A DNA stretch of 64,000 nucleotides from a virus. The stretch lies in IMG/VR virus record IMGVR_UViG_3300006737_000017, positions 64,001 to 128,000 of that record. One strand, 5' to 3'. The notes below the pieces were generated by a model, which ran no database searches, was not told the origin of the DNA, and was given only the letters and a program-made list of their open reading frames with translations. A program made the position numbers and the translations under genes. Below, piece by piece: positions 38,901 through 48,283 of the stretch; the first letter of the stretch is position 1; every line of letters starts with the position of its first letter.

Positions 38901-40684
38901 CGCCAGCAGGAACTGTAGGTGGAACAACAGTTATAGAAGGTGGCAGAATTAAAACTGGAAAGGTTCAATCAACAAATTACGGAGCATCAGCTGGCTCTGA
39001 ATTAGACTTAGATAATGGAACAATTAAACTGGGAGGCTCATCTGCACCAGACTTTGCAGTAGATGAAACTGGAGCATTAACAGCTTCTGCTGGTACAATA
39101 GCTGGTTGGACAATAGCCTCAGACAAATTATCTAAAAACAACGCAGAGATAGATTCAGCTGGTTCATTAACTTTGGGTACAACTAATGATATTGTAAAAC
39201 TAGATTCACAAGATGGAACTTATAGACTATGGGCAGGTAACGCAACTGCCGGGTCAGCACCATTCAGTGTAACAAAAGCAGGAGTATTAGCAGCAACTGG
39301 TGCTAATATATCTGGAGATATAACAGTAACTGGTGGAGCATTAACAGCTTCTATAATGGACTTCCCTTCTGAAGAAAATTTAATTGGGTATTACCCTTTG
39401 CATAATTCTGTAACAACAGATAATGGTAATGATAGAGTATTAGATTATTCGGGTAACGATTACCATGGAGAAGATGATGCTGGAAGTATATCTGGAGGAA
39501 CAACATTTGTGGCAGGAACATCTGCAGGACCATTACCAGGAGCCGCTCAATTTGATGGATCAGATTCTAGAATAGATATAAATGCATTAAAAGCTGGTTT
39601 AACTTCTAACATGGATATATCTTTATCTTTTTGGATTAAGGAAACAAGCAATGCAGGTGATATAATACCATTTGGTTTTCATGATGGTGGAAATAATGAT
39701 TTAATTTGGGTTATGAATGATGGTTCAACGGATAATCTAACCGAACTAATTGTAAATCAAGTATCTCTTGGAACATTGGCATCTGGAGTTGAATTTACAA
39801 ACCAATGGCACCATATAGTACTAGTAATGGCAGACGGTTCTCAAGCTAAACTATATATTGATGGTGAATATGTAGGTGCTTATACTACTGCCAATGTAGA
39901 AACAGCCAATTTAGATTCAGGCCAGATAGATGAAATTCTATTAGGAGGAGAATTAGATTCAGCTGCTGGATCACCAACTAATGACCTTACAGGTTATATG
40001 TCTGAGTTCCGTGTATATAAGTCTGCATTGACAGCAGATAATGCAAGAGCGTTATTTAATTTACCGGCCGGACCTAACTCTGCTGGGACAACTATATCTG
40101 GTGATAAAATAACAACTGGAAAGATACACTCTAACAATTGGGCAGCATCAGCTGGTTCTCAATTAGATTTAGACAATGGAATAATTAGACTTGGTGGTTC
40201 TTCATCTCCATCATTCCAAGTAGACCAAGCAGGAGCACTAACAGCTTCTGCCGGTAAAGTTGCAGGCTGGACAATTGGTGCTTCATCGATAACTTCAACA
40301 ACTTCAGTTGATGGTGGTTCAACGATATTAAAATCAAATGGGCAAATAACTGCATCAAGCATGCTATTATCTGGGTCCGCAACAGCTACAAACTTTGCAA
40401 CTAAAGTAGTAACTGTAGATTCTGGAAATTTATCTTCTTATAGAAGAGCAAATGGCGATGGCTACAATTTAGTATTTGATGGATCTCAAGGTGGAGAAAG
40501 AATTATGCATATGATTTTAGATGTAGACCCAGGAAAAATTAAGGGGTTTGATTTAGTTAATTCTTCTGCATCAGTTGAATCTCAGATTGTAATAGATGTA
40601 ATTACAACTGTAACAGGTTTTGATAACGGTGTCGTCAATAGTTCGTTTACAGCAATGAACGCAGTAAGGGAAGCACAACCATAA
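35951..40684 (+). CDS. long tail-fibre-like protein with two LamG domains
   Basis: Repeated TASAGKIAGWxI units and two LamG-like blocks (SISVWVKP/WTHVA/IDELRVF and SLSFWIK/WHHIV/MSEFRVY). Confidence 0.75.
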   Translation: MANLRTLNYQGFKAASSSLGTSGWMFWSGSKTLTGSGGAPDTDYDGIGLEAVLHSESYFRYSASSAGSGLDIRTDTFFLGSSDAFLSGSGDGKIAISSSNFELSNTGNVTMQGSITATAGGTLGGWVIGTDILSASAGTFELDSDGPFHISSSGFQVDTAGAITASAGKIGGWIISDKTLSAPNDNIASEAGIFLEADAHPRIRINRTSSPSDNYINLFFSADSNWGIEGKEDGNRVFGLGNPNNTGNTIAGWAFDNAKLTSGPLMINSANAYISSSAGDGWLISSSADPADEAGFISSSLFKVRSSGQMTASAANIEGKITANEGEIAGWAIETGKLHSGPLELNSTNGYISSSAGSKWMISSSAETSDPTGFISSSQFKVSADGRMSASAGKIASWNINGDDLASIGEHIELKGDASPEIIVTGPSNQHKVRMYYTDDANYGIQANSGSATKVFQLGSTNQIAGWDFTNEKLQGGVMIIKKDGTIESDGFASNVPGTGFRLTAASGGFLEVENARIRGTLSTAVFEKEAVTAVGGQLYVANSTTLTGSVFPTTLQPSGYTSSEYPPNETTMSVVNVTGFANGEILSAKKMNSTGFATEYMKVISSSRYGDAENDLTGAIYVERGLGTSFAGTSGSLGDSGSSAQSYSGSQVIVSTGKLGTGYIRLNANPNDPYTPYIDIVERTGSDVYDVDLKARLGDLSGVTDSKFSDGVSGYGLYTQNGYFSGKIEVASLPALPTTTPSYHYDFNVGAGTIVYNTVGQDLNDISGSIVNANECWVSGSGNFITGGTSINFESGKSTRIEIEDREWYYPGGSTTPLHSASISVWVKPENVAHTQPQIVWEAGGGSNGDALYISGSHIWWTAWEGSSNNYDTLKVSASIESSVWTHVAASRYHGTASIYINGVHQATETGHPDIDSGGIVYSGFSGIGASHNDSAIITSSFRQTSGVVSGDGIYCYTGSIDELRVFGHYKLTDNEISALYQSPAGTVGGTTVIEGGRIKTGKVQSTNYGASAGSELDLDNGTIKLGGSSAPDFAVDETGALTASAGTIAGWTIASDKLSKNNAEIDSAGSLTLGTTNDIVKLDSQDGTYRLWAGNATAGSAPFSVTKAGVLAATGANISGDITVTGGALTASIMDFPSEENLIGYYPLHNSVTTDNGNDRVLDYSGNDYHGEDDAGSISGGTTFVAGTSAGPLPGAAQFDGSDSRIDINALKAGLTSNMDISLSFWIKETSNAGDIIPFGFHDGGNNDLIWVMNDGSTDNLTELIVNQVSLGTLASGVEFTNQWHHIVLVMADGSQAKLYIDGEYVGAYTTANVETANLDSGQIDEILLGGELDSAAGSPTNDLTGYMSEFRVYKSALTADNARALFNLPAGPNSAGTTISGDKITTGKIHSNNWAASAGSQLDLDNGIIRLGGSSSPSFQVDQAGALTASAGKVAGWTIGASSITSTTSVDGGSTILKSNGQITASSMLLSGSATATNFATKVVTVDSGNLSSYRRANGDGYNLVFDGSQGGERIMHMILDVDPGKIKGFDLVNSSASVESQIVIDVITTVTGFDNGVVNSSFTAMNAVREAQP

Positions 40685-40696
40685 TAGGAGAATAAA

Positions 40697-41836
40697 ATGG
40701 CAACAGTAACAATGACAAATGGGCATAGGTATAAATTTGCAGCTTCGGCTGGAGCACCTGTGTTAGTAGAATCTTCAGACAATGTAGGAGATGTAAATTA
40801 TTTCCACAACGCAGTTCACATGGAAGACATAGAGGCCGATCAAGGAAGTTTAGGGTTTCTTACGGTTAAAGGTGATAATGGTAATACAAGTTATGGACCT
40901 CAAATATTATGTTGGAATATTGGATCAGGTGATGCAGGAATAAGCTTTAGATGCGATAGCCAATACTGGACAATTGGACAAGACAATAGCGATGGAAATA
41001 GCTTTGGTATTTATGAATCATATGTTATGGGTAGTTTACGTGCAATAGGTATAGATACATCTAGAAATGTTACTATTGACAATGATTTATATGTAAACGA
41101 TTATGCTAGAATAGATGCATTAAGAGTAGGGACTACTTCTACTGACCCAGGAGATGGCAATTTATACGTTGAAAATGATATTACATTGAAAGCTGGAGGA
41201 GATATACTTTTCGAAGCTGGTAATGGTCAAATAAGTTGGACGCATGCTGGGTCTGGTGGTAATCATGATTATTTGAAAATGGCTCAAGGAAATGAAGATA
41301 GAGCTTATATAAAATTGTTTGATTATGGAAACGAACATTCGCAAAGAGCTTATTTCTTTTATGATACAGATACTAATTTTATAGGAATACAACAACACAG
41401 AGACGATTCGGGCACTAGCCATTGGCCAGTATTCTACGTTAATCAATATGGAACTGTATATGCTACAGGTACTTACAATCAAACTTCAGATGAAAGGTTA
41501 AAGGAAGAAGTAAAAACTATTGAAAGTTCATTGGATACAATAAAAAAGTTAAGAGGGGTAAGCTTTACTTGGAACGATAAATCCTCAACACCTGGTGTAA
41601 AATCTTTTGGTATGATAGCTCAAGAAACAGAAACTGTAATTCCAGAATTAGTTAATACTGAAACAAAATTGGCAACAAAAAATGACAGCCCTGATAATAC
41701 ACCAACTTCTAATATAGATAATGCAAAAAGTATATCTTATGCAAATCTAGCTGGTCATTTTGTAGAAGCAATTAAAGAACAACAAGTAATTATAGAAGAT
41801 TTGAAAGCTAGAATAATAGCATTAGAGGCTAAATAA
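40697..41836 (+). CDS. tail fibre protein with C-terminal intramolecular chaperone (peptidase S74)
   Basis: SDERLKEEV...LRGVSFTW...GMIAQE...PELV...VEAIKEQQ coiled-coil end. Confidence 0.85.
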   Translation: MATVTMTNGHRYKFAASAGAPVLVESSDNVGDVNYFHNAVHMEDIEADQGSLGFLTVKGDNGNTSYGPQILCWNIGSGDAGISFRCDSQYWTIGQDNSDGNSFGIYESYVMGSLRAIGIDTSRNVTIDNDLYVNDYARIDALRVGTTSTDPGDGNLYVENDITLKAGGDILFEAGNGQISWTHAGSGGNHDYLKMAQGNEDRAYIKLFDYGNEHSQRAYFFYDTDTNFIGIQQHRDDSGTSHWPVFYVNQYGTVYATGTYNQTSDERLKEEVKTIESSLDTIKKLRGVSFTWNDKSSTPGVKSFGMIAQETETVIPELVNTETKLATKNDSPDNTPTSNIDNAKSISYANLAGHFVEAIKEQQVIIEDLKARIIALEAK

Positions 41837-41994
41837 TGAAAGAGAATAAATCTAAAGGTTTGGGTGATACTATAGCAAAAATAACAAAAGCTACAGGTAT
41901 TCAAAAAATAGTTAAAAAAACTATTGGTAATGATTGTGGCTGCGACGAAAGACAGGAACTATTGAATAAGAAATTCCCTTATAAGAAAGGTTAG
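41836..41994 (+). CDS. 52-aa hypothetical protein with CGC motif
   Basis: Below cutoff. MKENKSKGLGDTIAKITKATGIQKIVKKTIGNDCGCDERQELLNKKFPYKKG*, TAATG overlap with the upstream gene. Confidence 0.7.
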   Translation: MKENKSKGLGDTIAKITKATGIQKIVKKTIGNDCGCDERQELLNKKFPYKKG

Positions 41995-42007
41995 ATGATA
42001 TTTATAT

Positions 42008-42301
42008 ATGGCACAAAAAGTAAAATGGGAAGAAGCTAATTTTAAGTGGAATGATAACCCTCATCTATGGGATCTAGTACAGATAATAGAAGAGGTTACT
42101 ACCACTGGAGGAGCAATAGCTCCAGAATTAGTTAAAAAGTTAGATAAGAAGAAAAAAAAGAAACTAGTCCGTTTAATAATGCACAAAAACGGTACAAAAA
42201 TCTATGACGAAGAAAAAGAAGTTAAAAGCTTACATCTTAAAGTAAAAGACATAGAAATAATAGCCGAGGAGATAAAAAGACATGTACAAATTATACACTG
42301 A
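42008..42301 (+). CDS. hypothetical protein
   Basis: 97 aa; GATATTTATA at 41997-42006 abuts the ATG. Confidence 0.6.
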   Translation: MAQKVKWEEANFKWNDNPHLWDLVQIIEEVTTTGGAIAPELVKKLDKKKKKKLVRLIMHKNGTKIYDEEKEVKSLHLKVKDIEIIAEEIKRHVQIIH

Positions 42302-42842
42302 TAAAATAGAAAACTTTGAAGCAAAAATTGAGTTACAAGGAGCTTCATTAAAAAAGTCTAAAGCTAGGTTGGTAATTGAAGCAGAAGATTTTAATATAAT
42401 GTTTAATGGTAAAATTTCTGAGTCTGGTAATGTTAGTGTACCCGTTAAAAGATTAAAGGGTTTAATAGATGAAAATAGCAAAGGATCTATTAAATTAGAA
42501 GTAATTGCTGAAGATACATTTTTTACACCTTGGGAATCTACTTTCAAAGTAGAAGCAAGTAAAAAAGTTACAGTAGAAGTTAAATCTCAATCTTCTCCTT
42601 CTTTAGTAGAAAATAACTCAAAAGTAGAAATATTATCACAACCAACGTTAACAGAAAAAGAACATGTAATTAATTTGTTAAAAATGTTAATAAAAGAAAA
42701 TATAAACATTAAGAATCTTTCTATAAAGAAAACTGAGGTTAATACTATAGTAGCTGAATATATCCAAGCTAATCCTATAAATGATAATCAAAAAACGCCA
42801 ATTATAGAGAAAGTAGTAAAGATATTAGAAAAACGTAAATAG
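42282..42842 (+). CDS. hypothetical protein
   Basis: 186-aa ORF. Confidence 0.7.
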   Translation: MYKLYTDKIENFEAKIELQGASLKKSKARLVIEAEDFNIMFNGKISESGNVSVPVKRLKGLIDENSKGSIKLEVIAEDTFFTPWESTFKVEASKKVTVEVKSQSSPSLVENNSKVEILSQPTLTEKEHVINLLKMLIKENINIKNLSIKKTEVNTIVAEYIQANPINDNQKTPIIEKVVKILEKRK

Positions 42843-42851
42843 AGGTTATAA

Positions 42852-45800
42852 ATGGCTGGATCAGACGACTTTACAGGCCAAAATATTCAAGACACTTATC
42901 AAAGGGTTTTGCAATTATCATCGAGCGGAGCAGTTGCAGATGGTACAGGATCTTTAGTGCCACTGTTAAGAGTAACATCTTCATATGCTGTTTCATCTTC
43001 AGTCGAGATATTAAAGGAGCTATCTTCTTCATATGCAGAAACCGCAAGTTTTGCAAATAGCTTTGAAGTTACAGGACCACTTACAGCAAGCAATATAAGC
43101 GCAAGTGGTAGAGTAACTACATCAGATATTACATTGTTTAATACTAATGCTGGAAACCAAGAGATAGCTTGGTTCGGTGGAACAAATCAAGACGTTGAAA
43201 AAATCTATTGGGATGGTAACAATATAAATATTACTATACAAGACGAGGATATATTGCAAACTCATGTAGGAGGTGTAAACGTTAAAGGTACTTTAAGCGC
43301 AAGTACTGCAGTAAATACCGAAAAGATTATAACTACAAATAGTAATAATAACATAGAAATAAACCCAGCTGGTACAGGTGAAATAGATTTAGTAACTGGT
43401 AAAGTAAACATAAAAACTTCTGGGCCATTAGTACTACCTAAATTAAATTTATACAATAATGCTGGAACGTATTCTCAATCTATAAGTTGGACTCCCAGTT
43501 CAAACAAGCTTATTTCCATCCCAGACGAAGCTGGATCATTTGTAATAGAATCTCCTGGTAATGTAATATCAACAACTGCAATAAGCGCATCTGGTATTGT
43601 TTCTTCAAGTGGACTAAGATTACCAAACGGAGGAGCAATAACTTGGGGAGGTGTTGGTTACGCTTTATCAGTAACAAATAATAATCTGCAATTAGGATCA
43701 GGAGCTAACGTTGATGTAGAAGGTTATTTATCTGTCGGGGGAGCTATTACTTCATCAGCAGTATCATCTAGCGGTTTAATTGAAGCTAATAATATATTAT
43801 CTTCTGGCAGACTTTATTTTGGAGAATTTGGCGGATCTAACAAATTTTTTGGTATATCTGGAACTGGGTTAGCCCTTGAAAATACCTCATACCTTAAAAC
43901 GCCTTCTATAACTGCTTCCGGTGATATATCTACAAGTGCAGATCTTAAAGGTGGTAATTTATATTTAGGTCATAGTTCAAGAACCATAGCTAACACTGGT
44001 CACAGTAGTATAGGTAATCTTAATGTAAATGCTTCAAGAATTTTATATTTGCAACATGCGGAAGGATACAATTGTGCTATCGGAGGATATGAAGCACAAG
44101 AAACATTAATAGTTGAAGGTCAAAATGCTCAACAATCAGTTACGATTACAGCTAATAAAGGTCTTACAGTAAATGGAGCAATTACTTCATCTGGTAATAT
44201 AAGTTCAAGTGGTAATATCATAACGGAAAATGCACAAATCGCAACAAATTTATCAGTTGGCGGTTTTATTACTTCAAATATTGATAACACATTTGGAAAT
44301 ATATTTTCTGTAGCTACAACAAACCTAACAGCTTCAAGTAATATAAGTGCAAGTGGTAATGTATATGCTCATTCGGCATTTCTTCCGAATGGTGCTTCAA
44401 TTCAATTTGCTGATGAAACAGCTAATGAAGTAAGATTAAGAGGAGTTCAAGGAGCATTAGCAATAATGAGTGGTTCTAATACGGGTATAAGTATTAATCC
44501 AGGTGTAGGCCACATAACAGCATCAGGACATATAAGTTCAAGTGCAAATATTTATGGACAAGGGTATTATCTAAACGATGTTTCAATTTTAACTGAAAAT
44601 TCAAATATAGTTTATATAGGAGATACTGCAGCAGGTTCAGATTTTGATAGAGTAGAAGTATTACACCCATTAAGAACTCATCATCCAATAACAGCTTCAG
44701 CAGTTATTAGTCAAAGCGATATCGGCCATGCTACAAATATATTAGGTGGTGATTTACTTGTTTATGGTAAAATAAAATCTGTTGGTTCAGAACTTACGAT
44801 TATGTCTGGGTCGATAACAGCTTCTGCAAATATATCAACCTCTGCAGCTGTACAAGCTTTAACAGGTTCATTCGGTACTAATACTACAACTATAACAGAT
44901 AGAATAGAAACTACAGGCTTTATTAGTACAACAACTGGACTTCAAGCTCCGGGACTTACTGCATCTCATAAATTATTACAACTGGGATCAGCGGTAGATA
45001 CAAGACAAGAATTAGTAGTTTATGGAAAGATAGAACAAAAAGGATCAGGCCTAACTATTATGTCTGGTTCTATAACGGCTTCATCAGATATTTCAATGTC
45101 TGGAGACAGTAGTATTATAACTAGGACAGGATCTTTCAATCATATTATTACAGACGGAAATACTATTGAATTTAGAAATGCAGGGACTGGAGCAAAAGAA
45201 GGTTCGTTAAAGTTTGATTCAACAAATGGTTTACAAGTAAAAGATGAAAATGATGCAGAAGGTAAATTAAAAAGTAAATTTATAACTGCAACTGAAACTT
45301 TAATTTCTACGGGTAATGCAGAGTTTACAGGACCACTAACTGCATCAGGTGATATTAGTGCAAGTGGTACAATTAGAACTAGTGGAAACATCTTATCTAG
45401 TGGAGCAATAACAGCAAATTCAATAGCAGCACCAGGGTTCACAGCATCCCATAGATTATTACAATTAGGCTCAGAAGTTGATACAAAACAGGAATTAATA
45501 GTTTACGGAAAGATACAACAAAAAGGTTCTGGTTTAACGATTATGTCTGGGTCGATAACCGCTTCTGCTGACATTTCAATGTCTGGACCTGGTAGACAGA
45601 TTATTACAGAAACAGGATCTTTCAACCATATAATCACAGATGGTGATACTATTGAATTTAGAAATAAAGGAACTGGTGCTAAAATGGGATCGTTAAAATT
45701 TGATACAAGTAACGGTTTACAAGTTAAAGCAGCAGACGATTCTTCTGGTAAAACAAAAATAGGAGTTTTAGATGTAGATGATCAGTTCGTAGTTTCCGGA

Positions 45801-47558
45801 GATCAGGCAAGATTCGATGCACCAGTCACAGCTTCTATAATAAGTTGTAGTACAGAAGCAACAATGGGTGCTATGTCTGTAAGAGGAGCACTTGAAAGTT
45901 TTAATACTATAGAATCTTCAAAATTTATTACATCTCAACAAGGTCTAAGAGCACCGGGCTTTACTGCATCAGCAAAATTATTGCAATTAGGAGCAGCAGA
46001 TAATGAAAGACAAGAATTAATTGTTTTTGGTAAATTGCAAATAAAAGGATCTGATATTACTATGATGTCCGGTTCTATTACGGCATCTTCTGATATAAGT
46101 ACAAGCGCTGGTGTAGTAGCTTTATCTGGTTCATTCGGAACTGGAACAACTACAATCACCGATAGAATACAAACATCTGGTGATATACAATCCTCTGGGG
46201 AAATTACTGGAACTGTTGTAAATGGTACAAAGGGTGTATTCTCTGATGACATGGTTGTTGCAAATAGAATACAAACGAACCTAGAATTCAGAGCTCCAGG
46301 CTTTACTGCATCAAATAAATTATTACAACTGGGAGCACCAGACAATGAAAGACAAGAATTAATCATTCATGGTATAATTAGACAAAAGGGTTCTGAACTT
46401 ACAATAATGTCAGGATCTATTACAGCTTCTGGTGATATAAGCTCAAGTGCAACAATTGCAGGATTAACAGGTTCGTTCGGAACTGGTACTACAACGATAA
46501 CAGATTACATACATACAACCGGAACTGTATCTGGTAGTGGTATTCTAACTTCTGGAAATGTAACAGCATTAGGAGGCATTGCAACCGATGGAGAAGTAGA
46601 AGCAGTTACAGTGTCAGCTGGTTCTGGAGGAGTTAGTTCAAAGGGTACAATTACTACTCAAGGTCTAATAAACGCAGGTACTGGTTTAAGAGCTCCCGGC
46701 TTTACAGCTTCACATAAACTATTACAAATAGGTTCAGCGGTAGATACAAAACAAGAATTAATTGTTCACGGAAAATTACAAGTAAGAGGTTCAGACTTTA
46801 CAATTATGTCTGGGTCAATAACAGCTTCAGGTGATATTTCTGCATCGGGTAACGTAATGGCTGGTGGAGGAGGAACAGGATCCTTTGATCATATAATAAC
46901 TTCACAAAATACTATTGAATTTAGAAACCCTGGAACTAAATCACCAGTTGGGTTTGTAAGCTTTGATGCAACAAATGGTATGCAACCAATGGATGCTTCA
47001 AGAGCAAATCTTCCAAGATTAGCAGATAAATTTGCAACAGCAAGAACAATAGATGGTGTAAGCTTTGACGGATCTGCAAATATAACTACTAATCAGTATA
47101 TGGGTACAACCCAATTTCAAAAGGTTTTAATGAATGAATTCAATTATCAAACTAACGATTATGTAAGTTTATTAATTGGACCTAAATTCATATATCTAAC
47201 AAATCTTAATGAAGAAAAAGCAACTACTATTTATGCTACTGTTCAAATACCAATTGGAAGAACCTTAACAGCAGTAGCTCCTTTTGGTTCAACTGCTCCA
47301 GCTAACTCTGTTGCTAAAAATTATGTAACCTTAAGAGGGATTAATATTGATGGAACTTATAACTCAGACCCAATAACGTTTATTAGAAAATTGAAAACCG
47401 TTGTTCCTGAGCTTACTTTGCTAGGCATGGAATATCCAGTAGATGCAACAACGGCTAAAAAACCAAAGCATGAATCCACTAGAAATAATTATTTGATGAT
47501 AGGAGTAGTATTACAACCAGGAGCTAACTTTAGAGGATTGGTACTAACTTACTCTTAA
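42852..47558 (+). CDS. very long repetitive fibre-like protein
   Basis: 1568 aa with many ITASGDISAS units and five APGxTASxxLLQ(L/I)G...TIMSGSITAS modules. Confidence 0.75.
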   Translation: MAGSDDFTGQNIQDTYQRVLQLSSSGAVADGTGSLVPLLRVTSSYAVSSSVEILKELSSSYAETASFANSFEVTGPLTASNISASGRVTTSDITLFNTNAGNQEIAWFGGTNQDVEKIYWDGNNINITIQDEDILQTHVGGVNVKGTLSASTAVNTEKIITTNSNNNIEINPAGTGEIDLVTGKVNIKTSGPLVLPKLNLYNNAGTYSQSISWTPSSNKLISIPDEAGSFVIESPGNVISTTAISASGIVSSSGLRLPNGGAITWGGVGYALSVTNNNLQLGSGANVDVEGYLSVGGAITSSAVSSSGLIEANNILSSGRLYFGEFGGSNKFFGISGTGLALENTSYLKTPSITASGDISTSADLKGGNLYLGHSSRTIANTGHSSIGNLNVNASRILYLQHAEGYNCAIGGYEAQETLIVEGQNAQQSVTITANKGLTVNGAITSSGNISSSGNIITENAQIATNLSVGGFITSNIDNTFGNIFSVATTNLTASSNISASGNVYAHSAFLPNGASIQFADETANEVRLRGVQGALAIMSGSNTGISINPGVGHITASGHISSSANIYGQGYYLNDVSILTENSNIVYIGDTAAGSDFDRVEVLHPLRTHHPITASAVISQSDIGHATNILGGDLLVYGKIKSVGSELTIMSGSITASANISTSAAVQALTGSFGTNTTTITDRIETTGFISTTTGLQAPGLTASHKLLQLGSAVDTRQELVVYGKIEQKGSGLTIMSGSITASSDISMSGDSSIITRTGSFNHIITDGNTIEFRNAGTGAKEGSLKFDSTNGLQVKDENDAEGKLKSKFITATETLISTGNAEFTGPLTASGDISASGTIRTSGNILSSGAITANSIAAPGFTASHRLLQLGSEVDTKQELIVYGKIQQKGSGLTIMSGSITASADISMSGPGRQIITETGSFNHIITDGDTIEFRNKGTGAKMGSLKFDTSNGLQVKAADDSSGKTKIGVLDVDDQFVVSGDQARFDAPVTASIISCSTEATMGAMSVRGALESFNTIESSKFITSQQGLRAPGFTASAKLLQLGAADNERQELIVFGKLQIKGSDITMMSGSITASSDISTSAGVVALSGSFGTGTTTITDRIQTSGDIQSSGEITGTVVNGTKGVFSDDMVVANRIQTNLEFRAPGFTASNKLLQLGAPDNERQELIIHGIIRQKGSELTIMSGSITASGDISSSATIAGLTGSFGTGTTTITDYIHTTGTVSGSGILTSGNVTALGGIATDGEVEAVTVSAGSGGVSSKGTITTQGLINAGTGLRAPGFTASHKLLQIGSAVDTKQELIVHGKLQVRGSDFTIMSGSITASGDISASGNVMAGGGGTGSFDHIITSQNTIEFRNPGTKSPVGFVSFDATNGMQPMDASRANLPRLADKFATARTIDGVSFDGSANITTNQYMGTTQFQKVLMNEFNYQTNDYVSLLIGPKFIYLTNLNEEKATTIYATVQIPIGRTLTAVAPFGSTAPANSVAKNYVTLRGINIDGTYNSDPITFIRKLKTVVPELTLLGMEYPVDATTAKKPKHESTRNNYLMIGVVLQPGANFRGLVLTYS

Positions 47559-47578
47559 TAGACTGATATTTATACTAT

Positions 47579-48283
47579 ATGATAAAATTAAAAGACATAA
47601 TAACAGAAGGAGTCTATGATCCAGGAATATTCAAAGCAGTATTTACTGCAGGTGGTCCTGGTAGTGGAAAGTCTTATACTGCTTCAACATTGTTTGGCAT
47701 GCCTGAAAAAATGCCCTATGTTTCTGCAAAAGGATTAAAGGGTGTAAATTCAGATTCGGCATTTGAAACTTATTTAGATAAAGCCGGTTTATCTCAAGAT
47801 ATAAAATCCTTGAATGCAGACGAATATGCAAAAGCAATGGAATTAAGAAATCAAGCAAAACGTGTAACTGTAAAAAGAATGCACAGTTATATAAATGGAA
47901 AACTTGGTATGTTAATAGATGGAACGGGAAAAAATTATGATAAAATTGCAAATATGAAAAAGCAATTGCAATTACACGGTTACGATTGTTATATGATATT
48001 TGTAAATACTACTTTAGAAGTAGCAATAGAAAGAAATGATAAAAGACCAAGAAAAGTTCCTTTAGATATATTGAAAAAATCTTGGAAAGATGTACAAAAC
48101 AATTTAGGCAGATTCCAAACGCTATTTGGTGCAAGTCAAATATTAATAGTTGACAATTCAACTTACAAAGAGTTTTCATCAGTGGTTAAAAAAGCAGCTT
48201 CAAGTTTTGTAAACAAACCTATCAAAAATCACATTGCTAAAAAATGGATAAAAAAAGAATTAGAACTAAAGAAGAAAATATGA
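47579..48283 (+). CDS. zeta-toxin/AAA_33-like P-loop kinase
   Basis: AGGPGSGKS, VNSD, LIDGTG, MIFVNTTLEVAIERNDKRPR. Confidence 0.75.
   Translation: MIKLKDIITEGVYDPGIFKAVFTAGGPGSGKSYTASTLFGMPEKMPYVSAKGLKGVNSDSAFETYLDKAGLSQDIKSLNADEYAKAMELRNQAKRVTVKRMHSYINGKLGMLIDGTGKNYDKIANMKKQLQLHGYDCYMIFVNTTLEVAIERNDKRPRKVPLDILKKSWKDVQNNLGRFQTLFGASQILIVDNSTYKEFSSVVKKAASSFVNKPIKNHIAKKWIKKELELKKKI

Noticed and set aside
35951-47558. Diversity-generating retroelement acting on fibre genes
   Set aside because: No reverse transcriptase in the window; the repeats are in-frame coding repeats without evident adenine-specific differences.
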